Origin: Phoronis australis
Lineage: Eukaryota; Animalia; Phoronida
Length of the DNA: 64,000 nt
Direction of reading: 5' to 3'
Assembly (NCBI GenBank): GCA_002633005.1
Contig: NMRA01000006.1
Location: forward strand, 204,485 to 268,484
Each line of letters opens with the position of its first letter. Within the stretch, counting starts at the first letter, position 1. Position numbers and translations under genes: made by a program. Below, piece by piece: positions 1-11,836 of the stretch. The notes below the pieces were generated by a model that had not been told where the DNA came from, did not search any database, and was given only the letters and a program-made list of their open reading frames with translations.

Positions 1-60
1 GTACAAAATGACAGTCTTCCTGTTTGAGGTCTGGTATTACTATATTTTACCCATCTTTAG

Positions 61-165
61 TGTCTGCCAAATCAACAACGACAACAGCAAGTCAGCCCGG
101 TGGGAACAACAGACGAACTCGCAGTAAAAATGGCTATTCTACACCAGGGGCACTGACACAGTCAG
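61..165 (+). CDS. Penultimate coding exon of a type-I membrane protein (Ser/Thr-rich stalk)
   Basis: Acceptor ctttag|61, donor cag|gtaat at 166; phase 1-1. Reads SAKSTTTTASQPGGNNRRTRSKNGYSTPGALTQS and joins the exon at 1248 in frame. Confidence 0.75.
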
Positions 166-1247
166 GTAATGTAATGTTAAAGCGGAATGTTAGTTTTTTG
201 TCAATATGACATACTCTGATTACTGTAAGGCGTACTTTGAACAAGTCGTTTTCTCATGTTGGTTTTTGGCCAAATTAGGAGTAGGGAGCTGAGAACAATT
301 GCTGACAGCGTACTGTATTTACACACATGTACGCCATGTTCTTTAAAAATGAAATAAGTAAAAACAGCAGTTCTTCAAACTGGAGGTGTGGTGCAGTGAG
401 CAAGTTTGTCTTCGGTCGTAGCGGGAATCGAGTGTTGATTAAACAGGCGAGATTAATCTTGTATTTTGACAAAAAAAAATCTTTTTTATTTGCACGTTTA
501 AGTATGAATAAGAATTCTCAAAGCTGTGGATAGCTGATCCACTTGGGTGTTGTGAAGACTAGGGCTCATTATTGTAGGGAAATGTTGGTGCAAGTTTTGA
601 TTTGAACGACAAGTCTGGCTGAAACTTGCATTTTTGTAACAGCCTTCAAAAGGCGGTAACTTGGACTAGAGAAATAGTAGTTATTTGTTAACTGTCAGTA
701 ATATATTACCTTTTTATTTGATGAACTGAGGCATTTATTACGTCGTTATTTGTGGGCAATGTAGGGAAAAAATAAGTTTCTCATGTGTACCGCACTGACT
801 ACAGCAGTTGTGCACTCATGAGTCAGGCTGGGACAGTTAACACCTCGCCTAAGGGACATTGTATCAAGGTAAAACTTAGGACACATTTGAGCATAGCCCC
901 GAATGCCCGTAAGAGCAAAATAATGAAATAGGAGCTGGACCTTTTTTTCCAAGTAATTTCTGTTAATACCGATTTTTATGCTAGCAATGAATCTGACATA
1001 TCATCTAGCAATACTGCTTTGTGTTTTTTTTTTCTAGTATCGCTCTTTGACGGTAGTTGTGGTTTGTAAAGCTGTGGGTTGGGCTGAGTCATTCTCTGAG
1101 TCACGCACAATCATTCCTGCATCGATAGAGGTTAACCCAGATCCACCCCAGTAACAATGTTGCAAGTGGGGTAACCCACTCAAGGAACTTGGGTGACAAT
1201 GTATAATTTGGTTTGTCAGTGTACTGAACATAATGTACATTTTACAG

Positions 1248-1483
1248 ATTCCACCAATGTGGGTGCCATTGTTGGTGTCATTGTTGGAGTTGCGGTAATA
1301 ATAATCATTGTGACTGGTGTTGTCATCTTCTACCGCAAGATTTATTCACGAAAGAACCTAGACGTGGGCTTCGACAATGCCCTCTACACCAGCTCGCAGG
1401 ATACTGTGAAAGTTCAGTCTTCGGTGGATTTTGACTCAACCAATAACGGCTATGATAACCCTGCTGTACAAACAGATGCATAG
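1248..1483 (+). CDS. Terminal exon of a single-pass membrane protein (TM helix plus cytoplasmic tail with FDNALY and YDNPA motifs; LDL-receptor/MAM-LDL-like tail)
   Basis: Acceptor ttttacag|1248, phase 1. TM segment VGAIVGVIVGVAVIIIIVTGVVIFY is followed by basic RK, two NPxY-like motifs and a TAG stop. The ectodomain lies upstream of the window. Confidence 0.8.
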
Positions 1484-3706
1484 CCATGGTGCAGTAGTAA
1501 ACATTGCAAGTCATCCAGTATTTTAATGTTGAAATGCACCAAGAATTGCTGTAGGGAATCAGTACATAGCTTTTCCTTAGCAATATGTAATGGTTTGTCT
1601 AGCAAGTGACTTTCCTAGGCACTTGTTTGCATGAAATTGTTGCACTGGAAATTTTGTTGTACAGGTAGACGGGAAAATGTTGAGTGGCAATCATAATTCT
1701 ACTGTACAACTAGGTGACAAGCTGCATATTATTAGAAGCATTGTTACAGTGCTTTCCCATCAGGGGAACTTCGCTTACCATTCCATCTAGACAGTGATAT
1801 TAAAGTTATCTCCAAGACACCAGATGATGCAGTTCGTTCATACTCTCAAACCAATATTGAGTAGTGGATTCGAAACTAACTGAAAACTGTTCTTCAGCCA
1901 TTTACGTGTGTTTATGAAAATGATATGTCATTCTTCATCAGATATGCTTTCTGTTATTTATCAACGCGTGTCTAATGAGAGCAGCTTGGCTACGCTACAA
2001 TAACAAAGAACACATTTTGAGTCTCGCATGATTTTATATTATTGCCGTGACTTCTGCTGATAACTTCAACGATGCTTTGATCTGATCATTCCCATTATAT
2101 CGAAGTTTCGGTGAGTAGCGTAGCTTTGCCGTTAAATCCTACTATTTTCAGCGAAGTTTCCCTTGCAGATTAATTTTTGGAGTTAACTTTTCCCATGTAC
2201 CAAAACTATTGTAAAATCGAAGTTTTGCCTCTAATGGGAAAGCACCTTTTGATATGCATATTGTGCCCATGATTAAACTGTTTCAAAATAATGTTTTTGC
2301 TGTTAGATTTTGGCAAACAAACCAGTTAGTGAGCTGCACCTTCACGTCAAAGTAAGCATCTTCTTTATTGAATTTTTTACGTTTTCTTTTTTGTTACATT
2401 TTATCATGGTAATTTTGCACAATTTCTTTATGGACAGAGTCGAGTTCATGGGGCTCTTTAACAGCTTTTTGCACCACTTCTGATGGAAGAAATTAGCACT
2501 GGCTTATGTGCACTTGAACACTAGTTATGTATGATCTTTGTGCATTCCAAACGAGATTGCGTCCGTCAAAAATAGTGTAGCAATGTCTAGCCAACGGTCT
2601 CCATTCAGTGAGAAAAGACATACTGTGCAGTATTCTATGTTTTTAATACTAGATTTTGTATCAATCATGCCTGGAGTGTGATGTGGCTGTTAATTAGGCT
2701 ATATAGTGTAACCATAGTGTTTTCGTCTCTCATACATTTTACTGTTAAAAGGTGCAATATAGATGACATACACCTAAAAGGAAATTTCAGAGAAGCATAA
2801 TAATTTCATTAATTCGTAAGTTATAAATAATTTTGTTATCATAATATCCTTATATCACAATATCCTTAGTGGTAATCCACGGTTTAGCTTTTATTATTCC
2901 CATTACTCTAGAGTTCCAATATTTTTGTCTATATTTATATATATATACCAGTATATATCATTTCATTCAACAGCAAGTTGTCTTATGTTCCCATTAAACA
3001 TCAGTTAAAGAGACAATAGACCCCGCCTTCCGAGACAAAAACCAATTTACCATTATAAAATTGGTCTCAAATTGTTTTTTTCAAACTTGAGGTGCTTTCC
3101 AGATGTTGAAAGAACTGGTGGTTCATCACTGCTTGAGACCAGGCTCTACAAGTTGGCTCGTCATTTTCTGGGAGTGTGGTCTTGAGGAATAACGCACTGT
3201 CAGTTCTTTGTGAGCTCCGAAGTCACTTTCCAAGTAAGGAACTAATAGAGGCCAATTCTAAAACTGTATCTTAAGTGGTCTAATTCAGGTTTGCTTCATG
3301 GGCGGTATAGGGGTTTATGGCCACTTTAAATTTCAATTAAAGTGAGGCCGCGTGTGCAGGTCTTCAAGGGCTCACAGCTGGTGCAGCTGAGCATGGGGTA
3401 CACATGCACTTCAGTGTCAGTTATGTTTCGATTTGGGAACAAACACTTTTGAAATGAGCAGTTTTTTATGGTTGTGCTGTCCCCCAGGTGGAGCTCATAA
3501 GGGGTATCTTTGTGGTATTAATTGGTCTTACAAACGTTTTTATCTTAGTTTGAACTTTCAGATTTTGGGCCTCTGAAAGCATGCCATCTTCCTTTAACTT
3601 GTTCAAAGCCTCTCTGTGATGGCACAATATAATGTCAAGTGCTATAAGCCAAAGGCTGTTTAGTTGTAGGTATTGCTTTTGTGATTAAAACAAACATATC
3701 TGTAGC

Positions 3707-3724
3707 AATAAACATAATTTTATT
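3707..3724. terminator. Back-to-back polyadenylation signals (AATAAA + at 3707-3712; AATAAA - at 3724-3719)
   Basis: Sequence gcAATAAAcataatTTTATTt lies between two convergent genes, about 220 nt past the TERB2 stop. Confidence 0.5.
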
Positions 3725-3939
3725 TAAGAATGTTTGTTCATTCATAAAACAGAAACTACTGTGGTAAAACTGGCATAAGTCGGACATGGATAAGTCGAAT
3801 TTTTGTTTAAATAGGACACAAAGTTCCGCTGCAGAGTCGGGTGAGTTTGTGCATTCAGCCTTTTGTATTAGTCAGATAAATCTCTTGGTCCACTTGGATT
3901 CAACTGGAACAACAGAACTACGATGGATTATCTCTGAAG

Positions 3940-4898
3940 TCATCCTATGTAATTCAATTCAAATCCATTGCATCCTGGAATAAATTCAAGGAGAGGCCCA
4001 CCAACTTTAGAAATATGTTCAATGTGAACAGCGCACACATCCTGGGTGTTGTGCTCCACTCGACATGCATTCATGGATGGGCTTGTGTTCTTGTTGTGAT
4101 CTCCAACTGCATACCGCAAGTTCTTTGACCTAGAAGCAGTAGTTGATGAAGAGTGGTGCTGTCGTTGGTTTCTTGGAGTGCAAAGCAACTGTGTCTTCTG
4201 TTCTTTGATCCTGTCGTGTGTAACGTCGCCAGGTGAGTGCATTGTGCAGCACCTCAACCGCACTGGTGGGTGCTCTAAACTAGCGTCTGCACCTTCACCA
4301 TCTAGATTATCTGAAGCCTCCCAAGAGTTGTTCCTGCATTCGTTGGTCAAGTAGTGCTGCACTTTTGTAGTGGGAGAAACTGCTTCAATGTGTTTGAACT
4401 CGTTCGTATACCTGCCCAAGGAGTACATTGCATTGGAAGGTGAACCCTCTCTGTTATTAACCACATCCTTTTTGATGCTGCTTTGGACATTTGGATTTCT
4501 TGCTGCAGCATTTTGTTGTCGACTAGGTGCTGTAGAAATGCAAGGCGTTCTGTACTGCATGGGTATTTGATACCACTCAACTTGGTCATTCGAGTTTTTA
4601 AGCCACTTTGGCTCCTGATAATTTTCTCGAGACACCTTACAAGAAAGGGATGGACTGGAATTTCTTGCTGGTTTTTGTTGTGGCGCCGGGAAGACATCAG
4701 AATTACTGGCCATCAAATTTACATCTTTGCTCATCTGACATTTTTCATTCCAATCCATAGGCTTGCTGCCATTGGCACCCAAAATATCTGGTTTGGGATG
4801 CTGTGACTTGCCAGGAGCTTCTTTGCTTAGCAGCTCTTTCGCTTTCCGTGGGTTCTGGTAACTTTTCCAGGGCAGCTTCACCAACTTACCCAGGTGTC
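3940..4898 (-). CDS. TERB2: TERB2 terminal exon (long disordered linker plus MAJIN-binding motif)
   Basis: Acceptor attttacag|4898, phase 1; open frame to TGA at 3940; ends VHIEHISKVGGPLLEFIPGCNGFELNYIG. Confidence 0.88.
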
Positions 4899-7800
4899 CT
4901 GTAAAATAGTTTTATTAGCATTGGCAGTATTCACGTTTGAGCGCGTATTTGATTATGGTGAAATTTTATTGTAACTGGGGTAAAGTTTACGGTACAGTTG
5001 CGTCCATCCGGCACACAATGTTGATTTAAGAAACTCCTAATCGTCTATTTAATATGAAATAAACTTTTAACACCAGACAATGGAGGTACATGAGCTTATT
5101 TAGCTCATTGGGTAGATATACTTGAAACCTTGGACACATGAAGTTACCAATCAAATTCAAATTCTGATATTGGTAATAGTATGGGCAGTGAAGTCAACTT
5201 TCGTCCATTGTGAGTTTTTATACTCACCCTGAGAAATCATCTTCTGAATGTCTGTTGGCGGCAGTACGTACTTTCCTATTGACACTTTTTTGGTGTCACC
5301 CTCGTCTATGCATTTGTCGATACAACTTGGATGGAATACTGTAAGGAGTTGATTAAGCTGATCTTGGCTTTTGTAAAACCTAAAAACGACAACTGGCTTC
5401 ATAGTTTAATTCTATTAGAGAGGTGACACGAAGGAAATTTCTGAACTGTGGTCCTATTGATGTATATGTGGGCCAATTAATGATCGATTCAAAAGTCAAT
5501 GGGTTTAATTTTGGAAGAGACAGATATAATTTCCACTCGATTGCATGGTGTCATTTGCTCTACAGTTCGGAAATTGGTTTGAGACAGTCATGGAATATTA
5601 CTAAGTGAAATGGTGTTTTTATTTGACTTAAAGTGGCATTTTCAATTTGTCTACTCAGTAGAACTTGACAACTACACCAATGAAAGGCGCGTCGTTTGTA
5701 GTGAATTGAGGCGTGTTAATAATCCAAAATGTGATGTTTACCACAGCCAAAATGTTAATGAAACTGAAGAACACTAAGTATCTTTGGGACAAAATCAAAT
5801 GCTACAGAAAATAATTATATACTTTTGCAGAGTTAAATTCAATAGTTTTGTAGAATCTTGGTCTAAATCTACAGGCTTGTTCATAACCTACCATTTTCCT
5901 CGAGTGTAAAAATCAAGATATTTCCACTATCATGATACAATCTAGAATTGCGCTCCGTTAAACTTTAACAGTCAATCATTTTTCTCCATTCGAAGTTTTT
6001 TGGTGAAAGTCATCCAAAACATATCTGCTTCACGACATTTGTTGAAAGTCGTTTGCAAATATTTTTAGATATCACTTAACGTCAGGCACGCTGTTTAAAC
6101 ACAATNGACAACTACACCAATGAAAGGCGCGTCGTTCGTAGTGAATTGAGGCGTGTTAATCCAAAATGTGATGTTTACCACAGCCAAAATATTAATGGAA
6201 CTGAAGAACACTAAGTATCTTTGGGACAAACGTAAACCAAAATGTTGTAACCTCTTCAAAGTTGTAAAATGAGACCGAACTCTATTCATGTACCCTTAGG
6301 TTATGTAGGGCCCTTGAAAAATTTCAATTTTTGCCAACTTCGGAACATCTTGAATCAGAAATGGTTATCAGATTCACACGAAGATACAGTACTTTATACT
6401 GGTACTCTATTCTCCAAAACGCTGTTGGGCATTGTTTTTGAAGTGTTCTACTTTTGCATGTGAGCAAAATTTGTTGCATGAAAGGAAAGTGATATGATAA
6501 TTTAGAAAACTAATTTAGTGTTTTAGAAATTATAGTATCTTAAACGTTTTTATCATATGAAATTTGGTTGTGTTAATGATCCTGTTGTTTCGCCAAGTTT
6601 TCCCAAGATTACGTCATGATACCTAATTAGTGGCAGATTGGTATACTGAAATCAAAAATCAAATGCTACAGAAAATAATTATATACTTTTGCAGAGTTAA
6701 ATTCAATAGTTTTGTAGAATCTTGGTCTAAATCTACAGGCTTGTTCATAACCTACCATTTTCCTCGAGTGTAAAAATCAAGATATTTCCACTATCATGAT
6801 ACAATCTAGAATTGCGCTCCGTTAAACTTTAAAAGTCAATCATTTTTCTCCATTCGAAGTTTTTTGGTGAAAGTCATCCAAAACATATCTGCTTCACGAC
6901 ATTTGTTGAAAGTCGTTTGCAAATATTTTTAGATATCACTTAACGTCAGGCACGCTGTTTAAACACAATTGCTGGATTTTGTGAGCATAAGATGAATGCA
7001 GACAATAAGAGAACTGGACAACAATGTAAACATTGATTTGCCACTGTCAAACTGGACATGGCTGTATCTCGATTAGCAGACCAAACGGAATATCTCATTC
7101 CACAACTGCGCGGGTGCATAATGGATAAGGTCCTACGTAACCTTGATAATTCCTACCTTAGGGTGTCCGAGCATTCAGCGTCTTCACTAAATAAAAACTG
7201 GGCCTTGTCGTATGTTTCAATCGTCCCGCCATTACATTCTGTAAAACATGACACGTTACATGTGCTCACCCTTGCCAAACCTTATTTGTTTATTTATTTA
7301 TTATTGTGATATTTAAAATGAGGGTGGCCTCTTCAGTGATAGCACTGCTTTCCAAGAGGGCCCTCAACAAGAGAAACAGTAATATAATACAATGAAGTAA
7401 TAAAACAACAATGAAATATACGTAATATTTGTGAGCAATATTTTTCTTTTGAGGGGATTTTTAGCACGAATTTTAAACAAACTGCATTGCCAGTATTAGT
7501 TCTTTTCCTTTGTAAATTAGTTGGGGTCAGTTGACAAAAGTATCCGTTCTCAATCAACTAATTAAAGTCTTATTTTTACAAATAAACATGGACAACCTAT
7601 TTTTTATGCGCCCACATATTTATATGTGGACGCATTATGCCGTCATCCCGTCTGTCCGTCCGGCATCCACTGATTTACATCCAAAACCCTTTGACGTATG
7701 TTCATGAAATTTTTCATATGTGTTCCTTTCATGGATAAGACGGCATGAGTGAACTTTGGAATGGGTCAGACTACTGGTGTGCCCCCTAGTGTCAATTTCA

Positions 7801-10800
7801 TTTTTTTACGTTTGCCTTTGTATCTTCGAATATAATTCCAAGGTCCACGTATTTTCATAAAACTTGGCATGCAGGCATCTATTAGTGAGATGACGCTATC
7901 CTCCCGTTTTCGGATGGATATGACTTAGTTTGCGCCACCTAGTAGACATTTCTTACTGTTTTCGTCTTGTTTCTTGGCGTCCACCCCTCTATCAACCAAA
8001 CGCTCTAAGGATGAGTGTGAAAACTGGTATATAATGTTTTTACAATGAAGAGGACGGCTGGCAATTTTCCAACAACTTTGACTACTGTGGCGCCTCCTTG
8101 TGGTAGTTTTGTTTTTTTGCGCCCATGGCTGTACCTCTTAAATCCACTTCGCAGGATCTTTATTATGTGCCCACATGTGGACGCATTATGCCGTCATCTC
8201 CGTCCGTCCGTCCGGGCGGCGTCCGTCCGGCGTCCGCTGCTTTATCTCCAAAACCCTTTGACATACGTTCATGAAATTTGGCACATATGAATGGGACGGC
8301 ATGTGCGAACTTTCGGACGGATCCGACTACCGGTGTGCCCCCTAGTGGCAATTTTAGTTTTTTACGCTTACCTTTGTATCTTCAAAAGTCTTGAACGGAT
8401 TTTCATGAAATTTGGTATGTAGGCATCTATTAATGAGATGACGCTATCCTCCGGTTTTCANNNNNNNNNNNNNNNNNNNNNNNNNNNNNNNNNNNNNNNN
8501 NNNNNNNNNNNNNNNNNNNNNNNNNNNNNNNNNNNNNNNNNNNNNNNNNNNNNNNNNNNNNNNNNNNNNNNNNNNNNNNNNNNNNNNNNNNNNNNNNNNN
8601 NNNNNNNNNNNNNNNNNNNNNNNNNNNNNNNNNNNNNNNNNNNNNNNNNNNNNNNNNNNNNNNNNNNNNNNNNNNNNNNNNNNNNNNNNNNNNNNNNNNN
8701 NNNNNNNNNNNNNNNNNNNNNNNNNNNNNNNNNNNNNNNNNNNNNNNNNNNNNNNNNNNNNNNNNNNNNNNNNNNNNNNNNNNNNNNNNNNNNNNNNNNN
8801 NNNNNNNNNNNNNNNNNNNNNNNNNNNNNNNNNNNNNNNNNNNNNNNNNNNNNNNNNNNNNNNNNNNNNNNNNNNNNNNNNNNNNNNNNNNNNNNNNNNN
8901 NNNNNNNNNNNNNNNNNNNNNNNNNNNNNNNNNNNNNNNNNNNNNNNNNNNNNNNNNNNNNNNNNNNNNNNNNNNNNNNNNNNNNNNNNNNNNNNNNNNN
9001 NNNNNNNNNNNNNNNNNNNNNNNNNNNNNNNNNNNNNNNNNNNNNNNNNNNNNNNNNNNNNNNNNNNNNNNNNNNNNNNNNNNNNNNNNNNNNNNNNNNN
9101 NNNNNNNNNNNNNNNNNNNNNNNNNNNTTTAATTCTATGTTTCTGTGGTGCTTTAAGCAACTGATGTATAGGATGTGCTTGTATTATGAAGATCACTCAC
9201 ATTTTGCCCCTAGCCTATTGAGGAGACAATGACCATGTCTTTCCATTTTGCAAAGTACAACATACTACATATATGCCCTCTATTGGCCACTTTATGGTAC
9301 CAATAAACAACCCTAGAAGGATACCGTATACGGTACAATTTTTGGCCCATTTCAACGCTCTGCATTGCTCTTGTTAAATTTACTAAGTGTATTTACATGA
9401 AGCCAACAACAGACGAAGACGAATTTCAGGCAGATCCAATGAATGCTGTGCCCCTTAGTGGCATTACATTTTTATCCATTTTCTTTTTTTTTCTCTGAAG
9501 TTCGACAGATTTTATGAGATTTGGTGAATAGCTTTCTATTAAAGAAGCGATGGCAAGTTCCGTTTTCTGAAGAATTGGACGTTTTGCGCCATCTAGTGGC
9601 CATTTTTATGAAACAAACAACCCTAGAAGCACACTGTTTGCGGGGCATTTTGGGTGCATTTCAACGCTCTGCGTTGCTCTTGGTCTACCTCTCCCAAGAA
9701 CAAGAGCCCATGGGGAAGCTTTAGGGGTGTTCGATACCGCAAAATGATGGCAAGATTAATTTCTTAAGTCCTTAAAATACCGGTATGCGATAAACTGTTT
9801 TAAGTTGGTCCCTTTTTGTTCAAGAGTCCATTGCTTGAGATATGAACGTTTCTCTTTGAGAAATGTAAACTGTCAACAATCTAACTGGCATTTCCATTCC
9901 ACGACAGATCAGTGCATGCATTCAGCAAGGTTTTTGAAAGAGTTACACCACATTCCTTCAAAAAAAAACTCCAGTTGGCTTTCTCGGAGCACATTTAAAC
10001 TTTGAGACGTCTCTTTGGCATTCACACCTGCAGTCACTTGACTAGGCCCTATTTATCTTATATCAACAATCCATCAAAAAATTTCCAGTGGCCTTATAAT
10101 TTCACCGACTCACAAATACAACTAGTCACCGACCGATTAACACAGTACACGGACTCCATAGACATGGAGTCCGTGTACCCTCATTTTTAGGTGTTTGCAA
10201 CTCAAGACTTTGTGAGTTAGAGTCAAAAGTGTTTTGGGGTGAGTTACTGTATTGTCAGCAAAAATGGCACCGTTTGCGAACCCGCTAGGATGTATTTGTG
10301 AGTCAGACGTGAACAAAGTTTGTCGGGCCCGTGAGCCGTGTTAATAGGCTATAAATGAGAATTGTTGACAGTGCCACCATCTACTTAGCAGAATCGTTGG
10401 CACTGTCTAGAACGAATATGACAGCCCTGTAGACACTGATATGGGTGCAAGGTGTTGCACATTAATTTAGCGTAATGGCCGCTAACTTTTATGTAGACGA
10501 AGTTTAATAATGTTATTTGAAGCGTATGTACTCTCACGAAAAATAACGAAAGGGCCTATCAACAAACTGTTGTGGAAGTTGTCCGTTTACTTTAGAACAA
10601 GATTGGAGATTGTTCTAAAAACCCCTTGACCCCCACGACCCCTAGACCCACAACCCCCGCCCCCCCGCGACCCACAACCCCCACGACCCACGACCTGTGG
10701 CAGTAGATGTATCTGCGCTTTTTACACATTTCATACTCATATTATGTCGCTAAATGGCTTTCCCATAAGAATTACCAACACAAGAATCTGCTCTGCCTAA

Positions 10801-11836
10801 AATTTGGTGGTTTAAACAGAAAGCTTGTCACGAACATGATCTGAAATAGCAAATCGTGAGAGTGCAGTCGTCATGGAAATAGTTCCAGGAGTGGCTACTA
10901 ATGAACCTGTTCACTAAACTTAGGGAGAGAGTATTTACTGAAGAAATTACACATTTGTCAGTTTCTCGCACTCTCTCAAAAAAAAGCTTGAACCTGACAT
11001 CCACAGTAGGCTGAAGAGCAAACGAGACGCTCACACTTTGCCGGGAACAACATTTGTAACGTTGGTAGGTCTTTCATTTGATTTGGCCGCATTGTTTTTT
11101 TCTGTATTTAATTGGCTTTTAAACTTGCCGATTCGACTCTTAATTGCACAAAACAGGGAAAAGCCAACCGAGCCGCTCACGGCCTGACTCGTTGGTCATC
11201 ATGGCTGCAAGTCAGCTCTTGTTCTATGTTTAGATCGAGTCGAGGTTGTGTAGAATGGGTTGAGGAGGCTGTAGGTCATGGGTCGAGGGAGTTGTGGGTC
11301 CAGGGGTGTGGGGGTCGAGGCGGTTTTAGAACAATCCCAAGATTGGGCGCCAGTACAATGCCATTTTCAATGGTCACTGAAGAGTGCATGGTGCCGGTAC
11401 AAATCTACAGAAGTTTGTTGCTTTCGGTTTGAAATGGCCATTCCCTAGACTTGAGACCTATGAAAAATTCTGACGCACTTTTGCGAAGACCTGTAGTGCT
11501 GTACCGAAAGTTGTTCAAAAACTGAACGAAGGATCACGTCCCGGCCAAGAACAATGAACAATGAAAAAAACATATTAGTAAAAAATTTTAGCGAACAGTC
11601 ATGGTGCATTCCAGTTTAAGAATGACAGTTAGTTGCCAAATACTGCCGTTCCGTCAAGAAAGATAAGGAAAGCTCAATATTTATTACTTACTCCACTTTT
11701 CGACAATGTCCGTGGAGACACTATGCGAGAACCACGCCGAGAGTCCAAAAAACAAGTTGGATTTATGCTTGTTTATCGAATTAACGCTGTCGCCAAGTCT
11801 ACGATAAAACAATAGTGAAATACTGTTGTCATCCAT
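3940..11836 (-). CDS. TERB2: Telomere repeats-binding bouquet formation protein 2; complement join(11836-11692, 7238-7157, 5379-5228, 4898-3940), 445 aa
   Basis: The spliced N-terminus LFFGLSAWFSHSVSTDIVEKWKCNGGTIETYDKAQFLFSEDAECSDTLRFYKSQDQLNQLLTVFHPSCIDKCIDEGDTKKVSIGKYVLPPTDIQK aligns with human TERB2 as recalled (MFQGQRGWFCGSVS...EGGTI...ADFLFSCDASHPDTLRIYQS...TVFH...VALGHFILPP). The C-terminus LLEFIPGCNGF matches TERB2 LHDFIPGTSGY. Exon lengths sum to 1338 nt, in frame. Confidence 0.9.
5228..5379 (-). CDS. TERB2: TERB2 coding exon 3
   Basis: gtttttag|...|gtgagt; FYKSQDQLNQLLTVFHP...GKYVLPPTDIQKMISQ; phase 2-1. Confidence 0.9.
5667..6969. repeat. Near-identical direct duplication (5667-6105 and 6107-6969) separated by one N; the second copy has an extra ~427 bp
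   Basis: Both copies start gacaactacaccaatgaaagg and end cacgctgtttaaacacaat. Segment 6231-6657 is present only in copy 2. Confidence 0.85.
7157..7238 (-). CDS. TERB2: TERB2 coding exon 2
   Basis: ttttacag|...|gtagga; CNGGTIETYDKAQFLFSEDAECSDTL; phase 1-2. Confidence 0.9.
7600..9685 (+). mobile_element. Tandem non-autonomous HINE/Helentron-like elements spanning an assembly gap
   Basis: Two heads ttt(t/a)tatg(c/t)gcccacat...gtggacgcattatgccgtc...(gtcc)n at ~7600 and ~8160, internal subrepeats containing gcgcc(a/c)cctagtgg, and two tails catttcaacgctctgc(a/g)ttgctcttg at ~9350 and ~9660. Confidence 0.6.
10607..11337. mobile_element. Mutator-like MITE, 731 bp, long TIRs, 9-bp TSD
   Basis: TIRs agattgttctaaaa...gacccccac / gtgggggtcga...ttttagaacaatcc; perfect flanking direct repeat caagattgg at 10598-10606 and 11338-11346. 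Confidence 0.8.
11692..11836 (-). CDS. TERB2: TERB2 coding exon 1
   Basis: ATG at 11836; MDDNSIS...AWFSHSVSTDIVEKW; donor a|gtaagt, phase 1. Confidence 0.85.

Noticed and set aside
5157-5402. Stand-alone BRCT-like small ORF
   Set aside because: Better explained as TERB2 exon 3, with splice sites inside the ORF.
8438-9232. Long ORFs at 8438-9232 and 12411-12715
   Set aside because: Artefacts of translating N-gaps.
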